Source: Epithemia pelagica (lineage: Eukaryota; Protista; Bacillariophyta). Taken from it: a stretch of DNA of 64,000 nucleotides. The stretch spans positions 2,418,001 to 2,482,000 of the forward strand of contig OX337232.1 of the NCBI GenBank assembly GCA_946965045.2. The letters are read 5' to 3'. The position numbers and the translations under genes were made by a program. The number at the start of each line of letters is the position of its first letter. Positions within the stretch are counted from its first letter, which is position 1. The notes beneath the pieces were generated by a model that saw only the letters and a program-made list of their open reading frames with translations, had not been told where the DNA came from and ran no database searches. Of this stretch, positions 1 to 13,185 are shown one piece after another.

Positions 1-523
1 GAGATGCAGCTCCGTCGCCTCCCTGCTTTTGGTTGGGGGAGAGACCATCAATCGGGAGATCCAACAAGAACGGTTTGCTTTGTTCGCCATCCACTGGTAA
101 GGTTCCCAGTCCAATGGGAAAGGACACACATGTTTTGTTTTCCCCTTTTCCATCCGTGAGTGCGATCCACATTTCGAAGATTGCTGGATCAGAGGATGAA
201 ATGGAGTGATCCATTTGTATCGCAAACTTTATTTTGGACGTTCGCGATCGTTTGCCCCACAAGGCAATGAGGCCTTCACTACTACGACTGCTTTTGGCTT
301 CGGCTGCTGATTTTGGTTCGGATTGTGTTTTTCGCAAGGGTTGCGAAAGACCACTGGAGGCACAAAAATGGCCTTCCGAAAAGACAGCTACCACGGCTTT
401 CATCTTTTCGGGTGGTGCAATCCCCTGTGCGTTTCGACCACCTGATTTTTGAAGTTTGGATCGGTCCACCGTAATGCCCGTAATACCCAACACATCAATT
501 TCCATTTCATGGAGTGTTCCCAT
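1..523 (-). CDS. Hypothetical protein, partial (runs off the left edge)
   Basis: My translation from the ATG at 523 (MGTLHEMEIDVLGITGITVDRSKLQK...) stays open to position 1, which explains its absence from the ORF track. No family recognised. Confidence 0.4.
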   Translation of the reverse strand, partial: MGTLHEMEIDVLGITGITVDRSKLQKSGGRNAQGIAPPEKMKAVVAVFSEGHFCASSGLSQPLRKTQSEPKSAAEAKSSRSSEGLIALWGKRSRTSKIKFAIQMDHSISSSDPAIFEMWIALTDGKGENKTCVSFPIGLGTLPVDGEQSKPFLLDLPIDGLSPNQKQGGDGAAS

Positions 524-1423
524 TAAGGGATAATCATGAGACTGGCTCCGTCCTCGCCGTAATTCCAACATTTTTTACTGCTGTAGGATGTCGGCCTTTC
601 AAGGGAGAGTTTTGCGTCGCGTGTTGTTCTGGTATTCTCGAGTTCCCCTCGCAAACGCACACACGAGTGATTCCAAAAGTCGTTGCTTCGGTAGCTTGTT
701 GTGCTGGTGGCCCCGTCTAGGTACTTTGATAGGTCCGGATCACACCAACGAGCCTTTCTCGTCCACTTTTTGTCGGTCGATGGGAACAACTGGACAACAA
801 GTACCCACCCAAATAAGGAGAGACTGTGATGCGCCGATCCGACGATTTTGTTCATTTAATCACAACCCGTCCTCTGGAGAGTTGAGAGAGACTCTGTGTG
901 AGATGGAGCTTCATGTGTCTCATGGTTCTCGTATCCACGTGGGGCCCTAACTGCGCTTCTTTCTTCGCACGAATGCAGGCTGGCATTCTCGCGATAGTGC
1001 TTCCAGTAGCATTTATTTATATTCAGATAGGTAGATGATTATTACCCCTACTTCGTCCGTTGTTTGTCCATTTCGTTCGTCCAGGGCTATACTGTAAAAT
1101 TTTGGGGCATAGATATCCTTCACGGGAGCCATTTCCTGGGACGTGCTCAACTGCAGACCAAACTCACAAAACTAGTACGGGCTTGTTCGAACGCAACCAA
1201 CCGTCGTGTGGTGATTGGTGATGAGTACACGTAGAATTGGTCGGTCTCACTTTTTCGGATTTTCACGTGTCATGTTTCGATTTTCGTTTCGTAGACCTCA
1301 CCGTGGCTCGTCAACAAACACACAGAACAGCAGCAATCACCACTTGCAGCATCCATCAAGCTCATCATAATCCGTACAGGCCATGAGTGACTCTGAATCA
1401 GAATTCGATGGGCCGAAGTTTAC

Positions 1424-2272
1424 ATGAAGGAACGACCTATGGTCCGCAGATCCGGCCGACTCTTTTTTACGGATATTGAACAAGTCGATGAGTACGACAA
1501 ATACGAACCGCTCTTGACACAAGTTCACAACGGAGCAGCTCAATTGTTGAATACATGTCTCGGTTACAAAAACAGTATGGAAGGTCAAATGGGAATGGTA
1601 GACTTTGGGGATGGAAGTCCTCGGGCTGTCACAGCGTTGCACAATATTGTACAACACAAAGGTTCCACGCCGAAGTTCACAGTGTGCACGTTTTCTGGGA
1701 GTCGCCACAATGAGACATTCCAGGTACATTTTGAGCATTTGGGTCTTCCCTTTCAAAAGATACAGCACATGGTGTTGACTATCGGTGACGAGTCGGTCCG
1801 CTGGGACTATGGTGTGGATATTGCCTATGGGACCCTTCCGGATCCTGCACCGACGTCGAGTCTCCAAAATTATCACGTTTTCAAAGCCATTTCTCGTGGA
1901 TATGTATACACAGTGGGGACAAAAATTGCCATGGCCATTTTCACAAAACAAGCAGCAACGGTCGAGTCTGCATGAATCACAGGTCCTCTGGACGTGGACC
2001 TTACTCGCGTCTATGGTGTACCTGATGAAGTTAGCGTCTACGCTGGTACAATCACTTCTGTTGGAGAGAAGTCTTTTGCTCATGATATCAACAGCTATCT
2101 AGGATGCGCTGGAGCATTGGTGTTCCTACTGGACGGGCCTGATGCCGGAAGGTGCATTGGTGTGCACATTGGGAGTCCAAATATTTTGCCAGCAGTAAAC
2201 GTGGCCATAATGATACACGAGAGCCCAACTCTCATTGCAAGCCCGAACAGGAACGACAACTCGTGTGAATAA
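1424..2272 (+). pseudogene. Trypsin-like (PA clan) peptidase homolog with an in-frame stop
   Basis: ORFs 1424-1975 and 1994-2272 are in one frame, separated by TGA plus 6 sense codons. Motifs: VTALHN (His), DIAY (Asp), and SYLGCAGALVF...GRCIGVHIG resembling GxSGxPV...G.VIGIH, with Ala at the nucleophile position. Confidence 0.55.
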
Positions 2273-2808
2273 TTCGAAGCCCTTTAACGAACTGCGTATT
2301 TTTCTGAAATGTGTTTTATGATTGGCAATTTACTACATAGATTAGATTTTATTCAAATATGCTTACTCCAACCGGTATTGGACAGCCGTCGTCGATCGAT
2401 GTCGAAGGTTATACATACAATAGACGGATGCGATCTTCCCTGTTGGGATTTGGGATGAAAAAGAAGGGAATAGTCTATTCTTCCAGCTGCCGCGCCTACC
2501 CGCAAGGGTACGGTCGCTGGCGCCATAACACTCGGAATCATGGAGCGGGGGGACAGCCTGTAGAATGCATCTTCGATCGTCAACTGTCCGAGTTCTGACA
2601 GAACAATGGTATCTCTTGTGCGTGACCAGTGTCTCAAGGGAACACGTGCATCACGGCAATCGCTTCCAGCCCCTAGTAGAGAGAGAGAACGCTCTCGCAT
2701 TGAAATGTGGCCTTTTGTGGCGACCCTGAGGAAGTCCACGACTTTGATGCAATGTCAATGGAATTTGTCGAGTTACCAGTGGCAGCTTTATCTACCTACA
2801 GTATCATT

Positions 2809-4731
2809 CTAAGGAGAGATGCGCTTTGGATCGCGAGGGAACCACGCAGACTTTCGAATATTGGGGAGGCCCAACATGAGCATCACCACACGCTCCAGGC
2901 CAATCCCCCCACCACCATGAGGCAATGCCCCATGACGGAATGAGTCCACGTAAGATTCAATATCACTCAATGAAATGCCCCAAGCTTTGGCTCGTTCCAC
3001 AATCAAGTCCGGTTCGTGGATTCGTTGCGCACCCGACAAAATCTCTTGTCCACGGATAAAGAAATCGTACGAGTTGGACAGCTTGGGGTTGTTCGGGTCC
3101 GGCATGGTATAGAAAGGACGAACGGCAAGCGGATACTTGTCCATAAAAAAGAAATCCGTCTTGTACTTTTCCTTCACAATATCACCCAGCTTTTTCTCAT
3201 TTTCGGTCGAAAGGTCCTCGTATTCATCCTGTGCCACACCTGCCTCCTGTAAAAGCTTGCAGCCTTCTGCGTAGGTCAACTTGAGAGTTGGGCGAAGATA
3301 TTGCAAGTCCTCAAACGGGTGCTGTTCCCGTACTCGTTCCAATTCGTCTTTGCAACGCTCATTGATACCATCAAAAATGTAGATGAACAAGTCACTAAAA
3401 AGCTGTAAAACTTCGTCGTAGTGCTCTTGAATCACCATTTCCAAGTCAAGACCCGTAAATTCACACAAGTGACGACGAGTATTGGAGTTTTCGGCACGAA
3501 AAACGGGGCCGGTTGTAAAAACTCGTTCAAAGCCGGAGCAGGCCGCGGCAATTTGTTTGTGCAACTGAGGACTCATGGCCAAACAGGCAGGTTGTCCGAA
3601 ATAGTCAAGCGTAAAGACTTCCGATCCTCCTTCGGATGCCCCTCCAATGAGCTTTGGAGTATGAACCTCGATAAAGCCCTTTTTCACCAGACATTCACGA
3701 AACAAACACCCAACCATGGACTCGATTCTAAAGATTGCCTGGTTCGCGGGTGTGCGAAGATCCAACCAACGATAATTCAAACGAATCTTCTGACCAACGC
3801 GAATAGCTGCGTCATCTTCGCCTTCGCCCGCAGCAGCCTCCTGTTCATCATCTTCGTTGTACTCTCCAATGTCCGTTTCGAGGCCCGACTCTGGTCGACA
3901 AGCATCTTCCATTCGGAACGGTAGGGCCATTTTGGCCTTGGAAACACAGTGAAACGACTCGATGGACAGCTCCACCATTTTCTGAGTCGCAGATTCAATC
4001 GGATGTTCTGGGACAGTCACTTTGCCTTTCATGTCCACCACAGACTCCAACGGCAAGCCTGAAATATACTTGATCATTTCATTGGGAATCTCTTTGGATT
4101 CAAAGGCAACACCTTGAATGGTAAAAAAGGTAGAACGCACCAAGCAGAAAACTCCCTTCCCTTGAGCTCGGACTTTGCTCAAGTGACCTCGGACCAAGAC
4201 ACTTTGGCCTGCCAATGCAGGTTTCAAATTCTCAATCCTTGTCCATACTTTATCGGTCATCTCCTTGGATTGAATGAGTGGGCTATCCCCAAAATTGTCC
4301 TGTCCTTTACCGGCCAACCGATCCGCCTTTTCACGCTCCCGACGTTCCCGTTCCGCACGTTGTGCCGCCTTTTTGGCCTCTTTCTCAGCCTACGCGCGCA
4401 AGACATGACAGTGAGCTCACCTGAGCCTCAACCCCCATACATCCAACAGATAAGGCAACGCCCACAATCGACGTACCTTTGCAGCGGCCTTTGCCGCGTT
4501 CTTCTCCTTGTTCTTGGCCGAGGCCTCCTGTTGCGCAACTGGTGCTTTCTTCTCCTTCTTGGGAGGCCCGAAATCCTTACCAAAAACTTCCTTGAATTTC
4601 GCCTTGAGCGACAACATTTCTTGGAGGGTGGCATCCCATTCCTCCTTAGGTTTGCCTGCTGATTTGGCTTCCGCGATAGCGGCACCCAAGGCCGTGATCT
4701 TGGCTGTCATTTCTTCTTCTGTTTCCGACAT
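2809..4731 (-). CDS. DARS: Cytosolic aspartyl-tRNA synthetase with N-terminal WHEP-like helix-turn-helix; 2 exons (4731-4477, 4389-2809)
   Basis: OB-fold anticodon-binding domain, motif 2 GPVFRAENSNTRRHLCEFTGLDLEM, motif 3 HGGGGIGLERVVM, C-terminal FPRDPKR. An 87-nt intron (4476-4390, GTACGT...TAG) joins the exons in frame. Confidence 0.95.
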
Positions 4732-5122
4732 AATGGATGGACTCTTTTGCTTGGTTCTTGTCTTTTTTATTGAATGAAAGGTTCTATGTAGACCTCACGA
4801 CGAGAACGAGACGGCACCAACGGGTTTGAGTTTGAGATACTGACGCGAGACGCGAGGGAGCAAAAGATCCTGCGCAAACGCGCATGTACCATAGCTAGGT
4901 ACTCCTCTAGGTAGAGAGCTGCGAAATAATGTTTCCCTCGAACTTCTAGCTAGAGGGGAAACGGTCAGGGGTCAGGGACGTAGAATGAACGAACTTTTCG
5001 AAAATCCTACTCCTATGAGGATAAGGGGTCGACAAAAACCTGTTGTCACCCATGGTCGACGATTAGGTGAGTTTATATCCTCGACTGTATACTTATATTG
5101 TTTCAACTGAACTGGACGGAGC

Positions 5123-6476
5123 CTACGTTTGAAGCTTGGACAACGGTTCAATGGAATCGCTGGCCTTGTAGACGGGAACGAGATCGTTGTACTTTTTCCG
5201 CATATCGGCGTCCGACAGCAATCCATCCAACAAGGCATCGTACGAAGGCTGTCCTGTGTGGATCAGGTCCGAGCTCAAATCTGGAAGACTGGACATGGCC
5301 TTGGCCAATCCCTCTTGCTGATTGAGTTCAAACGTTGTGAAATCGGTGGCCGGTCCTTTGAGAATAGCGGCGACCGTCACCTGGGCCACGTCGGTACGAG
5401 AAATTTCAGAGCTGTAAACTGTACGACGAGATAGCCAAGCCAAATAAACGACCAATGATGAGATCCCTCACAACATATTTGGAGGATGAATGGGCCCGTT
5501 CAGTATTATGGTTGTACGTACCGTCTCCCTGAGAAATGTGAACCGTACCAGGACCAACCGCAGGTCCATCACTCAAGCCACCGGGACGGATCACAGTATA
5601 AGCCACACCAGGTTTGTTGGCAGCGGCGTAAGCATCACGGACGGCTTCTTCTCCGGCGATCTTGTATCCCATAATGTTGTCTCCGTACACAAACTTGACA
5701 AAAAAGTTTGTTGCTTGGTAACCTGTAGGTATTACACCGAGAGATTAGACCAAGTGGAAAGCGCATCATGGTACGTAAGACACAAAAGTCGTAGATCTTC
5801 CCCCTTGATCGTGTTGTCACTTACCAACCGAGTCCGGTCTCGTGACAGTTCCAGCAGATACCACTGCGAGCTTTGGCACGTTTTCATCGAGGCAGGCAAC
5901 TGCCGTATTGTAACAACCCAAGTAGTCGACATGCGCTGGATCACCACCCTTCTTTTTGCCACTTGCCGAAGCCGCAAAAATGACACCGTCCGCCCCACGA
6001 ACCGCTTCTTTCAGCGTATCGAGCTTGGTCACATCGGCCGCACTGTACGAGACAAAGTCAGACTCCTTCTCAAGAACTGTGCGACCCTGTCGTGTGACGG
6101 CTCGGCAGTAAACACCTTGACTGGCCAAAATTTCGGTACAGAGTTTGCCCACTTTTCCACCCGCACCCAGAACCACAATGGGATGTTCTGGAGACGATCC
6201 CGGAGTCGTTGCAGCGGTAGCCGGCAATGGAATCGAAAATGAACTTCCACCAGCAGCTACGACGGGTAGAATACCCAGTCCGGCCACACTTTGTTCGACA
6301 AACTGACGGCGGCCAATATCGTCGTTACTGTCCGCTGTGGATGGTTCACCGACACGAGATTGACCAAGCACAGTGGACGTCAAGGGTCGGCCAACCGGGG
6401 ACGCCTGAAACGCCAACGAGGGGACAACGACTGCCAAGTGACAGGTTGCCACTGCTACAAGGACCAACTTCATCAT
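5123..6476 (-). CDS. Plastid-targeted NAD(P)-binding Rossmann protein (atypical SDR, TIC62/NmrA-like); 3 exons
   Basis: Signal peptide with SLA-F cleavage; VVLGAGGKVG dinucleotide motif; YTVIRPGGL. Introns 5824-5723 and 5521-5419 (GT-AG) restore the frame. Confidence 0.8.
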
Positions 6477-6704
6477 GGTTTTTCTTCTTCTCTGTTGAGA
6501 AAATACAAAAAATGAAATGAATCTATTATCTATGTAGCCGGTGTCACTGACGTCAACCGATGGATGTTCGGTCGCGGAAACATTTCTTGACATAGTCTTC
6601 CTTTCCATCTCAATCGAGGAGATACAAAATGGCGGAAGGTTCTGGAGGTTGAAGGTTGAGTACTTCTTTGATTTTTTATGGTGACACTCCTGTGATGAAA
6701 CCGC

Positions 6705-8060
6705 ATGGAAACAAACAAAGCGGACGACAGATTTTGGAACATTCCCAAGAGCTTGAGGATAGAGATTCTTTATGAAGATGCGGACATTGTCGTAATTCAC
6801 AAACCTCCAAACTTGCGATCCGTTCCAGGTCACGCATCATCATCATCCTCGACATCCAGTGAGAAACACCTCCACGGGGCAAAGCGCAAGGCGTCGTCCC
6901 ACCCCCAAAAGGACGTGGATTCCAACAAGAGAAGCCAGAGTTCGGTACAAGATGCGTGGGTCCAAGCCATTGGTTCTTGCGCCTCCAAGGAACGCCCTCC
7001 TAGTTCGGGAGATGAGCAGTTCCAGGCCTCGCTGGACAAAACCAGTCATGACCGCAAGATACACAAGTACTTGCAACGTCTCGGTGCCGATACGAATAAA
7101 GCATCCTCCATTCCTCGAAGGTTTGAACCCTTTGTGAGATATATTGTCAGAAACCAGAAACGTATTTTCGACGATTCGGAAACGTGCGACAAAGAAACAT
7201 TGAGAGATGTGGCATCGACACTGTTTCGAACGATTGAAATGCGTCAAAAACGTTTACTGGCCGCAAGCAACAACTCGAGGCCTTTGGCTACACACGATGC
7301 CGAGTCCGCCCTGGGACAACTCAAACTCTTGGGTTTGGCCAAGGTCTTGTCGGTGGGAGAGGATGCGACAAGCACTGCTCATTCACGGGCAGACCAAGAT
7401 ATGTTTGTGGTTCATCGATTGGATTGTGAAACGTCTGGAGTCATGGTATTTGCTCGGTCGTCCAAGGCCGCATCAACCTTATCCGCCGCCTGGCGGGAAC
7501 GAAAACCACAAAAGGTGTACCATGCCTTGGTGCCATCGTGGAACTTGTTGGGCCAACAGGATGCCAACGGCAACTGGCAAGCGACCGAGGGTCGTATCCA
7601 TCTTTTGATGCGTCCACATCCCTCGGAACGATTAAAATGGATTGTTGCATCATCATCACAGGATGGTGGAACAACAACGGTCCATGACCACAACAGCAGT
7701 AGCAGCAGTACCAACAACATTGATGGAGAGACGAGTGATATTATGGTTCGCGCCAAGCCTAGTACCACCTTGTGGAGGTTTCTCTCTTGGCACGACCATG
7801 GAATATTATTAGAGTTAATTCCTGTGACGGGACGAACCCATCAATTACGAGTTCATTGTGCCCATATGGGAAGTCCCATTGTGGGAGACTCATTGTACGC
7901 AGACAACAACAACAACAACAACCAGGATCCACACAACGAAGAAGGTGGCGACTCTTTGCCCCATCGGTTGTATCTTCATGCCTATCAATTAACCTTTCCC
8001 CATCCCTCTCTCGGAGAGGACATGAGTTTCACCGTCGATACAAATTGGACGCTGAAATAG
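6705..8060 (+). CDS. RluA-family RNA pseudouridine synthase
   Basis: Motifs VVIHKPPNL, HRLDCETSG (catalytic Asp), GRTHQLRVH, PIVGDSLY and LYLHAYQLTFPHP. Confidence 0.9.
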   Translation: METNKADDRFWNIPKSLRIEILYEDADIVVIHKPPNLRSVPGHASSSSSTSSEKHLHGAKRKASSHPQKDVDSNKRSQSSVQDAWVQAIGSCASKERPPSSGDEQFQASLDKTSHDRKIHKYLQRLGADTNKASSIPRRFEPFVRYIVRNQKRIFDDSETCDKETLRDVASTLFRTIEMRQKRLLAASNNSRPLATHDAESALGQLKLLGLAKVLSVGEDATSTAHSRADQDMFVVHRLDCETSGVMVFARSSKAASTLSAAWRERKPQKVYHALVPSWNLLGQQDANGNWQATEGRIHLLMRPHPSERLKWIVASSSQDGGTTTVHDHNSSSSSTNNIDGETSDIMVRAKPSTTLWRFLSWHDHGILLELIPVTGRTHQLRVHCAHMGSPIVGDSLYADNNNNNNQDPHNEEGGDSLPHRLYLHAYQLTFPHPSLGEDMSFTVDTNWTLK

Positions 8061-8563
8061 TACGTGGCACTAATGGTTGAAACACTACCTAGACATTGTT
8101 GAATTCGAAGCATGACTTTCGCAAATCTTCTAGGTAGACGCTATGTTCTGTACATGTGGAGACAACAGTGGGACAACGGCTAGCTAGTTCATCTCTGATT
8201 ATGGAGAGTAGTTTGTAAAAGTAGGAGTAATCGCCATGGTGGTGCACAATGCCTCCAGTTACAGAACAGATCCCACTTAGCTAGGTAGTTGATGTGCTGG
8301 AAGTTTTCCCGCAGAAAAGTCGCTGATGCGGTGTCCTTCGGCGAATGAGGTGTGTGAGTTCGGTAGTTGACCTCGAATCTTGCGATCTTGCGTGGACCAA
8401 TCAAATCATTCCAAGATAATCAGTCCACTTCCGCCGCGGTCTGCATGTCTGTCAGATGTTCCACATCTTTCTGATGCCGATCTCGCACTCTCACATTCTT
8501 CAACACTGCGGAAGAAACTCCACCACCACAGTGTATAGTGTGGATTCTATCATAAATTAGACC

Positions 8564-11500
8564 ATGGTCGATTTCAAGTCCGCTGTAGTTGCCCTTTTGG
8601 CCGCCAGTGCCGCCACAGCGTAAGTAATTGATCGGTGGAGTTGTGTAGACAAAGTTGGATGGGGGTTCGACCAAACGAACGATTCTTGTTGCTGTGCCCG
8701 TTGTGCGATTGATGGAATGTTGAACTTTTCGCCCCTCGTGGATCCTCGTACTGGAATCTACGTGGAAGAAAAAATGGCTGCCCAGAGAAAGATCCGCACC
8801 GTCGACCAATTGCGTTCCTGCCGAATTGTAAAATGAGATTGGATGCTTACCAAACCTCTTCCTACCTCTCTTTTATATCTACAGATGGCAACCGAGCACT
8901 GGCTCTTTCACATCCAAGAGAATCTCTCCATTTGGTCGCAAGCATGCGATCCAACAACGTTCGACGCTCTCCATGGTCGTGACGGACCCCACCAGCACAG
9001 GCTCCATGGGTGGAGGTATGTTTACCGCTTCCAACTCGGAAAACCGTAGGGTGGTGCCAGAGGATCCTCGTGGACGTCCTACCATGAAGGTCGTTTACGT
9101 CGTTCTGGAATCGCAATACCAATCTTCTTTGACGGCTGCCGTCAAGCGAATCAACGCTGGCAACGACAATATGGCGGTCGAATGTGTCGGATACTTGTTG
9201 GAAGAACTCCGTAACGACGATGCCATGGAACAATTCAAGAAGGATGTTGCGGAGGCCAACATTTTTATCGGATCTCTTATTTTCGTTCAGGAACTTGCGG
9301 AAAAGGTGGTCGAAGTGGTGCAACCCAATCGCGACAATTTGGATGCCGTCCTCATCTTTCCCTCCATGCCTGAGGTTATGCGTCTCAACAAAGTCGGAAG
9401 CTTCACAATGAAGAACCTAGGACAATCCAAGAGTGTTGTGGCGGATTTCATGAAGAAGAAAAAGCAAGAAGATGGTTCGTCGTTTGAGGAAGGTATGCTC
9501 AAGTTGCTCCGAACTCTTCCCAAGGTTTTGAAATTTTTGCCCAGTGACAAGGCCGCCGATGCTCGTACCTTTATGATGTCCTTCCAGTACTGGCTTGGAG
9601 GATCGCCCGAGAACATTGAATCTCTTCTTACGGTTGTCGGTCAGGACTATGTCAAGCCAATCAAAGACGCCATGGTTGGCAAGCAAAAGGTCGAGGCGGT
9701 CGAACCTGTGTTGCTTCCCGATAAGGCCATTTGGCATCCAGTTGCTCCTTCTCTTGTCTTTGAGAACAACGAAAGTTACTTTGAATGGTACAACAAGGAG
9801 TTCTGCCCGGATGCTGGTATTGATCCAGCCACCGCACCAACCATTGGTATCATTCTTCAAAAGTCGCACATCAACACCAAAGATGATACCCACTACGTCT
9901 CTTTGATCTCCGAACTTGAAAGCCGTGGAGCCCGCGTCGTTTCCATTTATTCTGGAGGTCTTGACTTTTCGGGTCCCTTGCAAGACTACTTCTACGACAA
10001 GTCCGGAAAGCCCATTGTGGACACTATCATCAACTTGACTGGATTCGCGTTGGTCGGTGGACCAGCCTCGCAAGATCACAAAAAGGCCGCCTCCGTGCTC
10101 AAGGCCTTGAACCGCCCGTACATGTGTGCGGTTCCATTGGTCTTCCAGTCATTTGAGGAATGGCAATCTTCCGAATTGGGCCTTCACCCCATTCAGGTCG
10201 CCCTGCAGGTTTCCTTGCCCGAAATTGACGGTGCTATTGAACCGATTATTTTTGCCGGTCGTGAAGGTGCCACTGGACGAAGTGTCCCCTTGGCCGATCG
10301 TGTCAACTTGTTGGCGGACCGTGCCATGAAGTGGTCCAAGCTTCGTACCAAGCCCAAATCGGACAAGAAAATTGCCATTACAATCTTCTCCTTCCCTCCT
10401 GACAAGGGAAATGTTGGAACTGCTGCCTACTTGGATGTCTTTGACTCAATCAAGGCCGTCTTGGATCAACTCAAGAGCGAAGGCTACGACATTGGTGAAG
10501 CTCCTTCCACCAAGGAAGAAATCATGGCATCTGTCTTGGATGATCCGGAAGCCAAGATCTCCTCTCCGGACCTCAACGTGGCCTACCGTATGTCCACTGA
10601 GGAATACTATGATTTGACGCCCTACGCTACGGAGCTCGAAGAAAACTGGGGTCCTGCCCCAGGAAACTTGAACTCGGATGGACAAAACCTTGTTGTCTAC
10701 GGTAAACAATTCGGAAACGTCTTTATCGGTGTCCAGCCTTCGTTCGGATACGAGGGAGACCCAATGAGATTGTTGTTTGCCAAGTCGGCCAGTCCTCATC
10801 ACGGTTTCGCTGCCTACTACACCTTTTTGGAAAAGATCTTCGAGGCCGACGCCGTCTTGCACTTTGGTACCCACGGAAGTTTGGAATTCATGCCTGGAAA
10901 GCAAGTCGGTATGTCTGGAACATGCTACCCTGACCGTTTGATCAACTCGCTTCCTTCCGCCTACTTGTACGCTGCCAATAACCCCTCTGAGGCCACCATT
11001 GCCAAGCGTCGTTCTTACTCCGCTACGGTTTCTTACTTGACCCCTCCCGCGGAGAATGCCGGACTTTACAAGGGTTTGAAGGAGTTGAAGGAACTCATCT
11101 CCTCCTACCAAGGCCTTCGTGAAAATGAAGGACGTGGACCTGCGATTGTGAACTCGATCATCTCCACTTCCTACACCTGCAACCTCGACAAGGACGTGGA
11201 CTTGCCAGATTTGGAAACTTATGATGCATCCAACGATACTGCCGAAAACCGTGACGCTATTGTTGGTGGTGTCTACGCCCAAATTATGCAGATTGAAAGT
11301 CGTCTCCTTCCTTGCGGTTTGCATACTGTCGGTGTTCCTCCTACGGCCGAAGAAGCGGTTGCCACTCTTGTCAACATTGCCCAACTCGACCGCCCGGAAG
11401 ATGAGATTGAAGGACTTCCTCGTGTCATTGCCAGTTCCATTGGCCGTGACATTAACGACATTTACCGTGGCAACAACAACGGAGTTCTTGCCGATGTGGA

Positions 11501-13037
11501 CTTGAACACCCGCATTGTGGAAGCCTCCCGTGCCGCAGTCCGCGCTCTCGTCCAACAGTCGACTGGTTCTGATGGTCGTGTCCAGGAAGTGAAATCGTTC
11601 TTTGACGATATGGGAAGTATGTTCGGAAAGATGATGGGTGCCAAGAAACCCTGGACCGAAGCTATTATCTCTGCTGGATTCCCCGATGTCTCTGAAGATC
11701 GCTTGCAGCCTCTTTTCGAGTACCTCGAATTCTGCCTGAAGCAGGTCGTCGCGGATAACGAACTTGGTGGTATCATGGAGCTTTTGAACGGAAACTTCTT
11801 GAATCCTGCTCCCGGAGGTGATCCTATCCGAAACCCCGATGTTCTTCCAACTGGAAGAAACATGCACGCCCTTGACCCCTCTGCCATCCCCACCGCTGCT
11901 GCCGTGGAAGTCTCCGAGGATGTTGTTCGCAAGCTTCTTGAAAAGCTCAAGGATGAAAACGACGGCATGTACCCCGAAAGTATTGCCTTCACTTTGTGGG
12001 GTACCGATAACATCAAGACTTACGGCGAGTCTCTTGCCCAAGTGTTGTCCTTGGTCGGAGTGCGTCCTGTCCCCGATTCCCTCGGTCGCGTGAACAAGGT
12101 TGAGTTGATCCCCCTTGAAGAACTTGGCCGTCCCCGTATTGATGTTGTCGTTTCATGCTCTGGTGTCTTCCGTGATCTTTTCATTAACCAAATGAACTTG
12201 ATGGATCGTGGTATCAAGTTGGCTGCCGAAGCCGACGAACCCGAAGACATGAACTTTGTTCGCAAGCACGCACGCGAACAGGCCGAGGAACTTGGTGTCT
12301 CCCTTCGTGAAGCCGCCTGCCGTGTGTTCTCCAACTCTGCTGGATCCTACTCTGCCAATGTTGGTTTGGCCATTGAGAATGGAGGATGGGGAGATGAACA
12401 ACAATTGCAAGACCAATACTTGACTCGTAAGGGCTTTGCATTCAACGCCGACAAGCCCGGAATGATGGAACAACAAGCCGATTTGTTCAAGGCCGCATTG
12501 AAGAAGGTTGATGTGACATTCCAAAACTTGGACTCCTCTGAAATCTCCATCACTGATGTGTCTCATTACTACGACTCTGACCCGACCAAGGTTGTCCAAG
12601 GACTCCGTGACGACAAGAAGAAGCCCATGTCTCTTATGGCCGATACCACAACGGCCAATGCCCAAGTCCGAACCCTTTCCGAAACGGTTCGTCTTGATGC
12701 CCGTACCAAGTTGTTGAACCCCAAGTTTTACGAGGGTATGTTGTCGACTGGATACGAAGGTGTCCGTGAGATTCAAAAGCGTCTCCGAAACACCATGGGA
12801 TGGTCCGCCACTGCTGGGGAAGTGGACAACTTTGTCTTTGAAGACGCCAACAGCGTCTTTATTGAGGATGAAGAAATGCAACGGCGGTTGCTTGATACCA
12901 ACCCCAATGCCTTCCGTGACATGGTGACCACCTTTTTGGAGGCCAACGGCCGTGGTTACTGGGAGACCACGGAAGAAAACATTGAACGTCTGCAAGAGCT
13001 CTACGCTGAGGTCGAAGATCGTATCGAGGGTGTATAA
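8564..13037 (+). CDS. chlH: Magnesium chelatase subunit H; 2 exons (8564-8619, 8885-13037)
   Basis: ChlH/CobN motifs [24 protein letters not shown] and [11 protein letters not shown]. The upstream exon [19 protein letters not shown] plus intron 8620-8884 (GTAAGT...CTACAG) gives a bipartite plastid presequence with ATA-W cleavage, in frame with the 1354-aa ORF. Confidence 0.97.
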
Positions 13038-13185
13038 GAAATGGCTGGTTCACGCCCCGATAAAAGTACAGATCAGAAGCTCCGGTGAAGTCAAGCCCGC
13101 TTGCTACCATGCCATACTTCAGATTAATTTTCTTCACTTAACAGGATTTGCATATTATTGAGAAAGTAAACAAGATGTCTTTTAC

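Noticed and set aside
9417-12995. Long minus-strand ORFs (220, 531 and 280 aa) opposite chlH
   Set aside because: Shadow ORFs caused by the codon bias of a conserved gene.
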